The translations under genes and the position numbers were made by a program. A stretch of 64,000 bases of DNA from a virus. Each line of letters begins with the position of its first letter. The stretch's first letter is position 1. Under the pieces are notes generated by a model, which saw only the letters and a program-made list of their open reading frames with translations, was not told the origin of the DNA and searched no databases. Positions 45,407-56,086 of this stretch are shown here, piece after piece. The stretch is from positions 5,668 through 69,667 of IMG/VR virus record IMGVR_UViG_3300020583_000015. One strand, 5' to 3'.

Positions 45407-45712
45407 TCAGCTCAACTTTGGTGCCTCAATCGCCTCAGGCTCACCCCAGCTAATTGGAGCGTGCCTATCGCTCCAACTCAACACTTTCTTCCCCTCATAC
45501 CGAATGTGCAGCGGCTGAAGGTGGCCAGACTCAGCCTTCACCTCCACCTCATCCCACTCATTCGAAAGGACTTCGAGGCCAATGACACGCTCCAGATACG
45601 GATTCACACCCGCGCTTTTTAGCTCCCCATCCAGCGGCAGCGCTCCATCACTGTAGTGAGTCAACAGCTTTAGCAGACTGTTTGCATCAAACACCACTAA
45701 ACGCTTTGCCAC
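45407..45712 (-). CDS. Hypothetical protein (paralog of 45997-46239)
   Basis: Shares the R.V......L....Y.....P.D.......V.P......L.V.S pattern with the nearby gene. Confidence 0.65.
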   Translation of the reverse strand: MAKRLVVFDANSLLKLLTHYSDGALPLDGELKSAGVNPYLERVIGLEVLSNEWDEVEVKAESGHLQPLHIRYEGKKVLSWSDRHAPISWGEPEAIEAPKLS

Positions 45713-45713
45713 C

Positions 45714-46004
45714 TTACTGCACCGGCCCAGTTGGGTTGAAATTTGCCAGCAGATCCTTTAGGTCAGGCTTTGGTTCTTGCGCCAGCCTTTGTGCAAGCTC
45801 CACAGCCACCTTTTCAGCCGGTGCCCCACTCAACACAATCACCGCAAGCTTCTCCCGCTGCTCACCAATCGCCACATCCGCGATCTGATAGGCAACGCCT
45901 CCGCCTGACTCCAGGACTGTGACAATCATCCCCACCACAGTCTCTCCAAACTTCTCCAGCCCTACTCGTTCAGGTGCGTTAGGCACCTCCACCACTTCAC
46001 TCAT
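45714..46004 (-). CDS. Hypothetical protein
   Basis: In operon; likely start MSEVVE after GGGAGG. Confidence 0.55.
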   Translation of the reverse strand: MSEVVEVPNAPERVGLEKFGETVVGMIVTVLESGGGVAYQIADVAIGEQREKLAVIVLSGAPAEKVAVELAQRLAQEPKPDLKDLLANFNPTGPVQ

Positions 46005-46239
46005 TTGAAGGCCCTCCCAGGCCATACACACGTCTCAAGTCAAAATTCACCATCAGCGGATCAAGGCCAGGCTTGATGGAGTCTGACTGTATCACCAACG
46101 CAAACTTCCCCTGTTCACTTGGCTTAACCATCAATCCAGTCACAATCGCGTCAGTCGGAATGTACTCCTCAGTGAGGTAGTCCTTGAAAATCTCCAACAC
46201 CGTCATCGCGGTCGTTATGACCATTCGAGGCTTTTGCAT
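45997..46239 (-). CDS. Hypothetical protein (paralog of 45407-45712)
   Basis: Likely start MQKPRMV; shares the pattern described for its paralog. Confidence 0.6.
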   Translation of the reverse strand: MQKPRMVITTAMTVLEIFKDYLTEEYIPTDAIVTGLMVKPSEQGKFALVIQSDSIKPGLDPLMVNFDLRRVYGLGGPSNE

Positions 46240-46332
46240 CCTACCGTATCCATCCAATCACAATGTTGATGAAGTTTCCTAAAAAGAATAAACTCCCAAA
46301 CAACAAAAACGCGTCTTGTAAGTGTCCCATCG

Positions 46333-46695
46333 TTATTTTTCTCCTCTCTTAAGCTTTATGAACGCCACAGCCAGCGCCTCCACAGTCTGCTCCATCTGGG
46401 TGTCAGGTAGCTTCAGCGTGTCAATCGCGTCATTCCACGGCCAAAGATGGATATGGAGCATCTCATGCACAAGGGTCCCTTCAATATCGCGGTTGATTTC
46501 ATCCACAGTGTGGAGGTCTAGTGGCGCGAGAATCTTGATTGTCGCCTGACGTAGGTTCTGGATTGTGCTGCATTCCCCGCAACATCCCTCCCCAAGGTCG
46601 TTGGCCCGAGCAAAGCGGGTGCTGATTCGCCAATCCTTAAGCTGGAGTCGGCTTTGCCACTCTCGGCTGAGTTTTGTTAGCTCTCGTGAAGTCAC
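46333..46695 (-). CDS. HExxH zinc metallopeptidase-like protein
   Basis: W...L.L.DW.I, A.IKI, TLVHEMLH, later EQ.V. Confidence 0.75.
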   Translation of the reverse strand: MTSRELTKLSREWQSRLQLKDWRISTRFARANDLGEGCCGECSTIQNLRQATIKILAPLDLHTVDEINRDIEGTLVHEMLHIHLWPWNDAIDTLKLPDTQMEQTVEALAVAFIKLKRGEK

Positions 46696-46798
46696 TCAAG
46701 CACGTCCTTTACAAACTTCGCAATCAACAGCGACACAAAAATCGCGCCTATTGACCCCACAAAACACGCCATCATAACTGAAAAGAACTCATCAGGGC

Positions 46799-47200
46799 TC
46801 ATTTGACCTCCTTTGGCGGCACACCTGTCGCCAGCGTCTTCATCCGAATTGCGTGCTCAATCGCGGGATCCTGGGAGTTTGCCTCAGCCTGACAATAATG
46901 CTCTCGCTTCATCGTCACCTGAAGCACTTCTGCGAAATTCATCTGACCCAAACACTGCGCACTGATGCCTCCCCCCTTCATCACATGGTCAGCGCGGAGC
47001 ACTAGCTGTGCTGTGGGCTCATTACAGATTGGGCAATTCTCCATCAGCCCCACCAGCACCGGAGCCTTGCAGCCTGGACATTCCCCAAGTGCGAGCGTTG
47101 CTTGCCACTGATGACCATTCAAGCAAGCGTTGTAGGTACACGGCTGTATGCGGCGGGTCTGCGGCCACTCAAGTGAAGCTTCTTTAATGTCATCTGGCAT
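46799..47200 (-). CDS. Cys-rich zinc-finger-like protein, first gene of the minus-strand block
   Basis: CLNGH, CPGC and CPIC motifs. Confidence 0.7.
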   Translation of the reverse strand: MPDDIKEASLEWPQTRRIQPCTYNACLNGHQWQATLALGECPGCKAPVLVGLMENCPICNEPTAQLVLRADHVMKGGGISAQCLGQMNFAEVLQVTMKREHYCQAEANSQDPAIEHAIRMKTLATGVPPKEVK

Positions 47201-47249
47201 GATTATTTTGAATTAATTTGGTTTTGGTAGGCTTCTGACTTCACTCATC

Positions 47250-47278
47250 ATTGTACCACAAAGTTCTTTAAGAATCAA
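47250..47278 (-). promoter_or_regulatory. Sigma70-type promoter driving the minus-strand block
   Basis: Minus strand TTGATT-17 nt-TACAAT with an extended TG, about 50 nt upstream of the 47200 start. Confidence 0.75.
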
Positions 47279-47839
47279 CAACCTAAGTCAAATGAAGTAC
47301 TTCATTTAGCAAAGGGCTCTACGCAATTAATTTGTAGTTATTTCGAATTAAATTTCGGTAGTAACGATGAGTTTTATAAAAAATTTTTTCTATAATTCGT
47401 TTTTTAAGTCCTTTAGATACAGCTAGATAGCGCCCACACTGGGCATGGGCCATGGCTGCAACAAAGTGACCCGTCCACGTCAACAAACGCATACCTAGAC
47501 AGACTAGGCATAAGAGGGCTAAGTCCTTTGCTATCAACCACATACAAGCCCTCACCACGCGAAGCATGCCCTAGCCTTCAACCAACCATCGCCTACGCCC
47601 ACGGCCCACGCGCGGATAAATACGATGGCGTTCACACCAGCAAACCGCGGCTAACTGCCGTCGAATCAATCGTTTGGCCCGACGGCCCAAATCGGCGCGG
47701 CCGATGCAAATGCCGGGCAAAACCAGCCCGACGAAAGGCAGACGGGACATGAGAAGCGCAACAGACTGTGGTGGTAATAGCTCTACGGGAGTTCGACCAC
47801 AGCCTGTTAGGCTTATCAGCCTGAAAAGGGAGAAACAAC

Positions 47840-48151
47840 ATGGCACTCGATAACGCGAAGATTGACAGTAAGCTCTTTGGGGCAGACGATAGCGCTGCGC
47901 CAGAGAAAAACCCGAAGATTGGGGCAACAGCACGGTTTGAGGACAACGGCAATGACGTGGTCTTTACCATCAGCGCGAAGATGCCCAGAAAGCAGTTCCT
48001 GGAGCATCTCCGTGAGACGAAGACTGGCAACATCGGCTTTGAAGTCGTGATAACTGACCCATTCGCAGTCAGCTTCAAGCGGCCTGACGGCACAACCGCC
48101 AAGCGTGTCGGTCAGCCCAACTGGCGGGGACTGTGGGTGACGATCAAGTAG
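47840..48151 (+). CDS. Hypothetical early protein
   Basis: AAGGGAG RBS; first gene of the + strand early block. Confidence 0.75.
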   Translation: MALDNAKIDSKLFGADDSAAPEKNPKIGATARFEDNGNDVVFTISAKMPRKQFLEHLRETKTGNIGFEVVITDPFAVSFKRPDGTTAKRVGQPNWRGLWVTIK

Positions 48152-48243
48152 CAAGCCAACACCTGACGGCATGAGCCGTCCCTCGAATACCACACTCCAC
48201 ACAGCAAGCCTCCTGTGGAGTGTGCAGTTGGAGGTAACACAGC

Positions 48244-48426
48244 ATGACCAACGGCAAGTTCAACAAAGCGGGACTCATTCGTGAGTTCTTTGGGCTTAGC
48301 GGTACCGAAGCCATCGCCCAAATCAAGGCCCTACCAGAGCCTGACAGATTACAGCTTGGGTCTGCCATCGCTCGGGAGAAGGGCTTGAATCCAGCGGATT
48401 TGGATTTTGAGCTCTGCGCTTACTGA
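48244..48426 (+). CDS. Hypothetical early protein
   Basis: GGAGGT RBS after a hairpin. Confidence 0.7.
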   Translation: MTNGKFNKAGLIREFFGLSGTEAIAQIKALPEPDRLQLGSAIAREKGLNPADLDFELCAY

Positions 48427-48529
48427 ACAGCGCGCTTCGGGGACTCGCTGTACCCCGAACAACAGCCCTAAGCGTTATTAGCTCTTGCAGCCAATGTGGG
48501 AGCTAGGCTAGTTAAATCCTAGCGGGCTG

Positions 48530-49105
48530 TTGTTGGAGGTACAGCTTACGAAGACAATCCGAGACATCTCGCAGCTAGAGGCAGCACTCGCCCAAGCTGA
48601 CAGCATCGTGCGAATCAATCGTGACGAAACGGCTCGACTAGGCCGTAACCCACGGTTCAACACCACCGTGACGCAAGGCCGTCACATCGCGAAGGTCAAG
48701 GGGCATGGTGGGGGCGGAAGCTTTACTCACCGTCAACGCCAACCGGTGCGAGTCCCACAGGGGTTTTGGAGCAAGTGTCCCACCACGCCCACGCTAGCTG
48801 ACAGCGGCACGACAGTGCTTGACGATTTGACAGGGCTAAGGCCTTCAAGCGGCAGCAATCGGGTTTGGTGTGTGATGATTGAGGCTGACGGACATCGGTA
48901 TGTGGCCTACACCGAAGAATCGCGAAGCGCTTGTGAAGGCATTGCGGATTGGCTCTGGAGGGTCTACGATCAATCCGTTAACAACCCATGGGGACGAAGC
49001 CTAGCACCAGCCTACAAACTCGCCCTAGAGTCTGCGAAGTTCAACACCGACGTAATGGGCCTGGAGCGAGCAACACACGACTTTGGGGCACGGCAGCTTA
49101 CCTGA
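48530..49105 (+). CDS. Hypothetical early protein (start uncertain)
   Basis: 191-codon ORF; a GGAGGT RBS lies inside the annotated start. Confidence 0.55.
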   Translation: MLEVQLTKTIRDISQLEAALAQADSIVRINRDETARLGRNPRFNTTVTQGRHIAKVKGHGGGGSFTHRQRQPVRVPQGFWSKCPTTPTLADSGTTVLDDLTGLRPSSGSNRVWCVMIEADGHRYVAYTEESRSACEGIADWLWRVYDQSVNNPWGRSLAPAYKLALESAKFNTDVMGLERATHDFGARQLT

Positions 49106-49240
49106 AGGGACGCCTTCAGCCCTGTCTGCTGAGCCTATAAAGTCCACTCTTACCGTTGGCTTAGGGAGAGTGGGCCTCAAATCAAGCCCATGGCCGTCGA
49201 ATCCTAGGTCGCTGTGGGCTTGTTTGGAGGTATGACCCGT

Positions 49241-49423
49241 ATGTACGAAGACTTTGACAGTGCTTACGAAACGATGGTAGCGTATCTGGCTATCATGAAC
49301 GCGCATGAAGATGAACGCTATGTGCAAAACCCCCAAGAGTGTGCTATTGACGAATATCGCCAAGAGCCACACGACCACGAAATCGCCGCTTGGGAAGGTG
49401 AGGGTGGCGCATGCAACAGCTAA
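49241..49423 (+). CDS. Small acidic early protein
   Basis: GGAGGT RBS; Asp/Glu-rich. Confidence 0.6.
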   Translation: MYEDFDSAYETMVAYLAIMNAHEDERYVQNPQECAIDEYRQEPHDHEIAAWEGEGGACNS

Positions 49424-50223
49424 CCCCTGCAAGCTTTAGCCTTGTTGGGTATTGGATTGGGCTGATGTTTGTGGCCCTGACGATTTATCACGCGCGTTAT
49501 CCACGCGCTTAAAGAGCTCCTTTGTGAGGGACGATCGCACCTGATAGCGATGCTCCGAGCTTTCTCCACTCAATATCACGGATATCATTACCGACACAGG
49601 TTTGCCGTATGAGTGTGAGTGGGGAAGGCTAGGCGCAAGGCGCAAAGCGCCAAACAACGCTTATGACTACAATACGAATCTTCATAGGTTTGTTCGTGAT
49701 TGGAGGACTGGTGATGTTTTTGCTGGCCCTCCACAACAACGATCCAATCGCAGCAATCGCCTGGGTTTTGTGGGCGAAGTTTTGGAATGAGGCGGTATGA
49801 CACCGCCAGAAGTCTTTGTACTGGGGTTTTGTGTTGGGTGGATGGTTCGTTTCGCCCAGAACATCCTGAGGTGGTTAGGAAAATGACTCTTACCGAGTTG
49901 TGCTTGTTAGTGTTTTGTGTCGGTTACATTATAACCGATATGATATTACGCATTCGGGATAAATCGGAATGAGCATTCACAAACTCCTCTGTAGGTGGGG
50001 CCTGCACTTCCCCCAACGCATTCGTAGCGGCATCGCAGGAGATCAGTTTTTGATCCGACGTGACTACAAGCTTTGTGTGGTGTGTCGGAAGTTTTACTTT
50101 TGGTATTGACGCTTACGTCGGCTTACGTAAGCTACAGCCTGTTTTTGTCCAATGCCCAAGCCTTGCCTCCCGGTAAGCCATAATAGACTGCCGGGAGGCG
50201 TTTTCCCCGAACAGGAGCAAACG

Positions 50224-50700
50224 ATGGCTCATGGATTTTTAGTAAAAACTTCAGCATTTACATACCCAGACGGGTATAAAGCCCCAGCTTACGAAAGGTT
50301 CAAGCACCTTAAGTCTGAGCCTGACTTTGGCGATGACTGGGGTCAACGTGAAGCGATGGCTGACCAAACCGCATCCATCGACTACGGATGTGATTTTCGC
50401 GACGGACAGTGCAAAGCCCAACGCTCCACCAAAGCTCAACAGGATATAGAAAGCTGGTGCTGTGGTCCGATGGGATGTTGCATTAGGTGTGCGTCTGCTG
50501 TTGGCTATCTTGACGCACTTCCAGCATACGCGTTAAAGGCTGTAGCAAGGCTATGGAGTACCAAAACAGGTTTCTGGCGCAAATCCAAAGGCTGTGTATT
50601 GCCGCGTAAATGGCGTTCACACACGTGCCTTGGCTTCACCTGTAGCGTGATTCCCCGCAAGCCAGTTCAAGACAAACTAGTTCAGATTGGGGTATTGTGA
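50224..50700 (+). CDS. Cys-rich hypothetical protein (metal-cluster-like)
   Basis: AGGAG RBS; C..GQC, CC..C, GCVLPRKWRSHTCLGFTC. Confidence 0.7.
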   Translation: MAHGFLVKTSAFTYPDGYKAPAYERFKHLKSEPDFGDDWGQREAMADQTASIDYGCDFRDGQCKAQRSTKAQQDIESWCCGPMGCCIRCASAVGYLDALPAYALKAVARLWSTKTGFWRKSKGCVLPRKWRSHTCLGFTCSVIPRKPVQDKLVQIGVL

Positions 50701-52443
50701 TGCTAAAGCGTTGGTGGGCAAGGCGTAAACTACGTCAGCTTGGTTGGTGTCTGATTCACAACATCAAAATGAACGATTGGGGGTGTTGTGACAAATGCGA
50801 TGAAGCTGTTTGGAGAGCCGCTGCCGCAAAACGCCAACACGACATCGACAAATATCGGACTTGGTTATGACGTCACCAATGTTTGCCTGTCCAATTTGTT
50901 TTGGAGTCATCAGCCTCGTAACGTTAGCGCTAAAGTGGCTTCACACACGCTTAAGGAGATTCTTATGAGTTCTCACGACAGACCCAAACCTCACAAACGC
51001 GTTAACCGAAGTGCTCGCCTAAAGCGTCCTAACCGGCGCTGCCCGACCTGCACCAACGCAGTCAGCACCCCACATGAAGAGTGGTGTAACTATTGGAAAC
51101 AGCTCCAAACGGAAATGAGGGGCTTAAAATGACTCGCGACTACCTGATTGCCGCAATTGACCAAAATCTCACTCGCCGCTACAAAATGGTAGGGCGTGTG
51201 AATGCTGCTGAGCGCAAAGTGTGGCTCACAGAATACAAGCAGCTCCAAGCCCAACTAAAAGCTGCTTCAACACCAACGCAAAACCTGATTGATGAAACAC
51301 TGGAGGCTTCAAATGAAGCGCACTAACGCTAACAATCCTAGCTAACAATTGACGACGGCCCGGCAACATCGAGACTCTTTTGTGTTTTGCCTACCGCACT
51401 TACTCCAACGGCTGCCAACATTGGTGCACTGTGGTGAGTGCGTGAGGGGAGAGCACAAACAAATGAAAGTCTACATTGTTGTGTCTGACGGTAGACCAGC
51501 TCCAGGAGTGAACGTCGAGGCTGTGTTTATCAACAAAGAAACAGCTCAAGCCTGGATTGATTGGCATACTTTCGCAGGGACCGTTACAATTCAAGAATGG
51601 AGGCTTCAGTGACCATCTCAGTCGCTAACCAACGTGCGCTAGAGACACTGCTCGCAACTACCCCAACAGAAATTGTGTTGAGTGAAATTGCAGCGCACTG
51701 TCGCTCACTGGCCAAAACCGAACGGGAGTTGTGGGACAACACATCGCGCGCCACAGCTTACGAAAACACTGCGGAGTGGTTGCAAGCTTCGACTCGGTTG
51801 TTACCAACCTACAACTGCAAGCGGGATGTTGAGTGTGATTCGTTGGGAGGCTAACGGTATGTTCTTTGATTTTATTGCTGACCTCATTGACGATCACTTC
51901 ATTGCAACCATTGTTGTGATTGTCGTGCTGTTTGGGAGTGGTGTGTGGTGGTATGAAAGCGCCCATCCCTGCCTGAAGTACAGCCCAACCAAAACTTTGC
52001 AGTACATGCAACAGGTAGGAAATGTAATAATTCCTGTTTACGGACATGATTGTCTTGAAAGGAAATAAGCTATGTACAACATCGAATACTTCGAGCCATC
52101 CGACGACAAATGGCATCATCTTGGGACGCCCCTTACAAACAAATCCGACATCGGGCGTAGCCTCGCCAACTACGCGGTTTGGATGCCAACAGAAACCTTC
52201 CGGGTGATGACTCCACGCTTCACCGCGCCAATTATGAGCGTTCAGCCCAAGGCGGCACTGTAAGATGTACGTGATACTTTCACGAAACAACAGAAATCAT
52301 GGGTACTTGATTGGAAAGTTTGTGTTTGAGAGTCGGGCTGACGCATTCAAGTGGCGCGCGGCCCACCACTTTCAAGCAAGAGCAATCATCAAGCGGCTGA
52401 AGGTCTTTAGGGATCTTTCGAAGGTAGCCACCGTCAGTTGAGA

Positions 52444-52578
52444 TTTGTGCTTTGTAAGCCCTCGTTCAAAACCAACACCCACCCCAACATGCCGCCATCA
52501 ACAACACGCTAAGCGTGCGTATGGTGCTGTTGCCCAACTTTAGATGTTGCAAGTGAGTGGGGGCTTACAAAACACAAA
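52444..52578 (+). ncRNA. Inverted-repeat-closed structured RNA element (candidate)
   Basis: TTTGTGCTTTGTAAGCCCTC (52444-52463) pairs with GGGGGCTTACAAAACACAAA (52559-52578). Confidence 0.45.
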
Positions 52579-52595
52579 CAAAAACGGAGACTTAC

Positions 52596-52979
52596 ATGAA
52601 CACACCTATTATCGAGCCCTGGAGACCTACAGCTATCTCAGTTACTGAGGTGTATGGAGAGAACTTTCATCCGCCCTCAGGTTATGAACTAACTGGAGAA
52701 TTCCGCCCAGCTGCGGGCATGGAGTTGTGGTTGGATCAAGACACCGGCACACAAGTAAACAACTGGGCTACACACGGACCCCGTTTGATTCTCCGCAAAA
52801 TCCAACCTCGGAAACGAGTGTTTATGGAACATTCTCGGTTCAAGGTGGGCGAAGCGGTGGCGGGGCCGTGTTACTACAGCTTTGATTATTCAGACAACAA
52901 AGCTATATACTTTAACTCGTTTGGGTTGATGCACCCTAATCATAATGGGGTTCGTTGGACACTCCAAGAGGAGGAATAA
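52596..52979 (+). CDS. Hypothetical early protein
   Basis: GGAG RBS directly after the 52444-52578 stem; start MNTPIIE. Confidence 0.65.
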   Translation: MNTPIIEPWRPTAISVTEVYGENFHPPSGYELTGEFRPAAGMELWLDQDTGTQVNNWATHGPRLILRKIQPRKRVFMEHSRFKVGEAVAGPCYYSFDYSDNKAIYFNSFGLMHPNHNGVRWTLQEEE

Positions 52980-53248
52980 CACCGTGCTTTCTCCTCATGA
53001 CGAACATGTGATGTTGGCGCTGTTTCTGAGCGCGATTCTCGCCACAATTGCCGCGTGTATGTGGATGTTGAAGCTATTGAGAGTGCTGCCATTATGAAAC
53101 GCCTTGCGAAGCTCACACCACTTGAGCACCGAATCTACACCCATGTGGTTGAGGCGTTTGTCCGAAGCGCGCAAGAGCCTCCGAAGACTCAACGTCACCT
53201 GGCGAAAGCAGCCCGAAAGATCGCGAAGATTGTTGGAGACTGACGATC

Positions 53249-53656
53249 ATGTACAAATGCAGCCTTTGTCAAGCAGATGTAACAGCCAGAGAAAAAGAAT
53301 GCTACACAACCCTTACTGGGGATGTTGTTTGTAACTGTGGAGAGGTGTTGTGGAAAGTTTGGACGCTAGGGAAAGGCGGTTGTGTTCGAGGATTCGCCTC
53401 GAACAAAGCGATCTATATCGAAACCGACCCAGCACGAATTGCTGCAGACGCCTGGCGCGCTGCCCAAGAGGTTGCTAAGAGGAAAGCCGAAGAGCTTTTC
53501 AGACAAAAACTCACTTCCCAACCCCAACACACCCAAGACATCTACGAAAAACTTGAGGCAATGTTGTGGGAACTTAACATCGCGGAAGGCTCCCACATCG
53601 ACACGGACATCCTGTTAAGGGTTGCGATTGACATCGCTACTCTTGGCGAAGGCTAA
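53249..53656 (+). CDS. Hypothetical protein with N-terminal Zn ribbon
   Basis: CSLC ... CNC motifs followed by a helical region. Confidence 0.6.
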   Translation: MYKCSLCQADVTAREKECYTTLTGDVVCNCGEVLWKVWTLGKGGCVRGFASNKAIYIETDPARIAADAWRAAQEVAKRKAEELFRQKLTSQPQHTQDIYEKLEAMLWELNIAEGSHIDTDILLRVAIDIATLGEG

Positions 53657-53661
53657 CAATC

Positions 53662-54945
53662 ATGCAAATCACCACTTTCAAAGAACTTCAGGCGTTGCCG
53701 CCAAACACGCTGGTTAACTCACCGATTTGTGGGAATATTCTGATTGAGTCCCCAGCTCACGCTTTTAAAGACGGCACTAACATTCGCCTGTCTGGTTATC
53801 CTGAACAATCTGTTGGGCGAAGAGGGTATGTGGTTACTCTCAGTAAAACCTACCCATTTGAGGTAATTCAAGACCCAAAACGGACAGAAAAAATCCTGGC
53901 AATCATCTCAAAACTCGGCAGCACCAACCATCTGCCAAGATCCAGTGAATTCACCTCCTACTACAGCGGTTGTGATCCTGAGATTTTTGTGACTGACGCC
54001 GCTGGCGAAGTGATCCCCGCGTGGACATTTTTGCCGTCGAAGGACAAAAAGGCCTTCAGCAGTGCGTTTTGGGACGGCTTCCAAGCGGAGTTCACACCCC
54101 CTCCAAACAGTTGTGTGTCGTTTCTTACAGACAGCGTTCGACAGGGGTTGGTAGTGGTGTTGAATGCGGCTACCAAAACTAACGCCGGTGCGAAGCTCAC
54201 ACCTGCCCCTTGCCTTCCAGTGTCAAGGGAACTCCTTGCGACTGGCGCAGACGAACACATCCAATTTGGCTGTAATCCCTCCTTCAACGCCTACGATAGT
54301 TGTGGGGTTGGGGTTGAGGGGCGGGATCTGGCTTGGCGGTTTGCAGGGTCACACAAACATTTCGGCCTGAAAGGCCTAGGTCTCACTCAAGAAACCGCAA
54401 TACCAATTGTCAAGACCCTTGATAAAATCTATGGAGTGACGACAGTCAGCTTGTTTGGGGATCTTGACAGCCCCATCCGAAGGCTCTACTACGGACGCGC
54501 TGGTGAGTATCGGCTTCCATCCCATGGCCTGGAGTATCGAACTATTAGCAGCATTGATCTTTGTCATCCAGCGATCTACCACCTGAGTTGGGATCTAGCG
54601 CGGATGGCACTTCATCTCTACCTTCATGGGTTGCAAGACCAATGGAGCTGTTCTGACGACGAAGCCCAGGACATCATCAACAACTGTGATACAGACGGCT
54701 CCAGAAAGGTGTTGCAGCGTAACAAACCAATGCTGATGGACTTGCTCAACAACATCTACAACAACGGCTACAGCGGTGGAGACAAGTCTCTCAAAGCCTA
54801 CAACACCATCACAAACAGCCTGAAGGCTTTTGTGGCTGATCCGTTTGATGTCGCTAATAACTGGCATCTTGCAGGTGGTTGGACAAGCCACACTAACAAC
54901 AACGCTTATGACTTTGCACACGCCCCGGCGGAGGTGGTGTGGTAG
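53662..54945 (+). CDS. phiEco32-like COOH-NH2 ligase type 2
   Basis: GCDPEIF, DGFQAEF, FGCNPSFNAY, RFAGSHKHFG, RRLYYGRAGEYR...HGLEYRTIS. Confidence 0.9.
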   Translation: MQITTFKELQALPPNTLVNSPICGNILIESPAHAFKDGTNIRLSGYPEQSVGRRGYVVTLSKTYPFEVIQDPKRTEKILAIISKLGSTNHLPRSSEFTSYYSGCDPEIFVTDAAGEVIPAWTFLPSKDKKAFSSAFWDGFQAEFTPPPNSCVSFLTDSVRQGLVVVLNAATKTNAGAKLTPAPCLPVSRELLATGADEHIQFGCNPSFNAYDSCGVGVEGRDLAWRFAGSHKHFGLKGLGLTQETAIPIVKTLDKIYGVTTVSLFGDLDSPIRRLYYGRAGEYRLPSHGLEYRTISSIDLCHPAIYHLSWDLARMALHLYLHGLQDQWSCSDDEAQDIINNCDTDGSRKVLQRNKPMLMDLLNNIYNNGYSGGDKSLKAYNTITNSLKAFVADPFDVANNWHLAGGWTSHTNNNAYDFAHAPAEVVW

Positions 54946-55084
54946 CGGTTTTGAAGGCCGGTGCGGTCCAGTCGGGTTTTCTGTTAAACCTGGTGGGCCT
55001 GGTGTGTATCACAACGGCAGCCACTGGGCAATTTTCTTTTGGTACAACCCGGAAGTTGAGGAGATGTTTTGTTGAGGTAAAGTA

Positions 55085-55897
55085 ATGCACATTCAACAAC
55101 ATAGTTTTGATGTCACAAAAGTGTTGGCTTTCCTTGGAAAAGGAGAGCTGAAGCTTGGAGTGGAGTTGGAGGTTGAGACCTCCCGGGACAAAGCTCTTGC
55201 TGCCAAAAGCGTGCTTGAGGCGCTCAACCCTAGCGATAGCCCGTTTGTTTGTTTGAAGGCAGACGGCTCGCTCCAAAATGGCTTCGAGATTGTCACCGCC
55301 CCAGCGACACTTCTAGTTCACAAACGGCGATGGCAGCCGTTTTTCGCGGGAGTTGAGGCTTCGACGTTGGATGTCGGCTCTACCACTCGCTGTGGATTGC
55401 ATGTACACTTCGGTCGGAACATCCTTACCAAAACTCAACTCATCAAATACGTCAACTTCATCAACGAGCCAGCACGTAAAAAGTTCATGGTAGCGGTTGC
55501 TGGACGGGAGTCTGTTACTTTTGCGGTGTTGGCAAAGAAAGCCCCCGAGGCGATTGGACATCTTTGTAAGGATGGTGGGTGTCAGATGGTGCCTGATTGG
55601 GCAGGTTCGTCCAGTAAACACTGTAGACTCCAACGGCTTAACCAACGCTATGAGGCGGTGAACCTCACCAACCCCAAAACAATCGAAACGCGGCTGTTTG
55701 CCTCAACCACAAACAAAGAAGCCTTCTTTAGCAGGCTTGAGTTTGTGGTAGCGCTCATTCGGCAGTGTCAGCTTGCAGGCGACGCTGACATCAGTCAGGC
55801 TGCGTTTTGTGAGTATGTGGCGGCACGCAAGGCATACCCGAATTTGTTGACATTCTTGCAGGAGAAGGACTATATCAAATGTGGCTCGAAACCCTAA
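55085..55897 (+). CDS. Putative amidoligase (amidoligase-2 family)
   Basis: GVELEV, DGSL..GFEIVT, CGLHVH, RYEAVN, TIETRLF. Confidence 0.88.
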   Translation: MHIQQHSFDVTKVLAFLGKGELKLGVELEVETSRDKALAAKSVLEALNPSDSPFVCLKADGSLQNGFEIVTAPATLLVHKRRWQPFFAGVEASTLDVGSTTRCGLHVHFGRNILTKTQLIKYVNFINEPARKKFMVAVAGRESVTFAVLAKKAPEAIGHLCKDGGCQMVPDWAGSSSKHCRLQRLNQRYEAVNLTNPKTIETRLFASTTNKEAFFSRLEFVVALIRQCQLAGDADISQAAFCEYVAARKAYPNLLTFLQEKDYIKCGSKP

Positions 55898-56086
55898 TTG
55901 TAGAGCTTCAAAAAATTGAGCAAAAATACGGCAACATTCCTACGACAGTTGTTATGAACCCAAACCACGATCGCACTTGGTTTGAGTTAGAGTCAGTGGG
56001 ATATGAGCCCCGGCTCAAACCCTGCACTAATTCCCATGCAATGATTGTGATTGGGGCAAATAAAAACTATTTTGCTTAAACGACCT

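Noticed and set aside
47714-47749. c-di-GMP-I riboswitch-like GGGCAAAACC...GAAAG...GGGAC
   Set aside because: Only a partial resemblance; the following GCAAAG and second-stem elements are absent.
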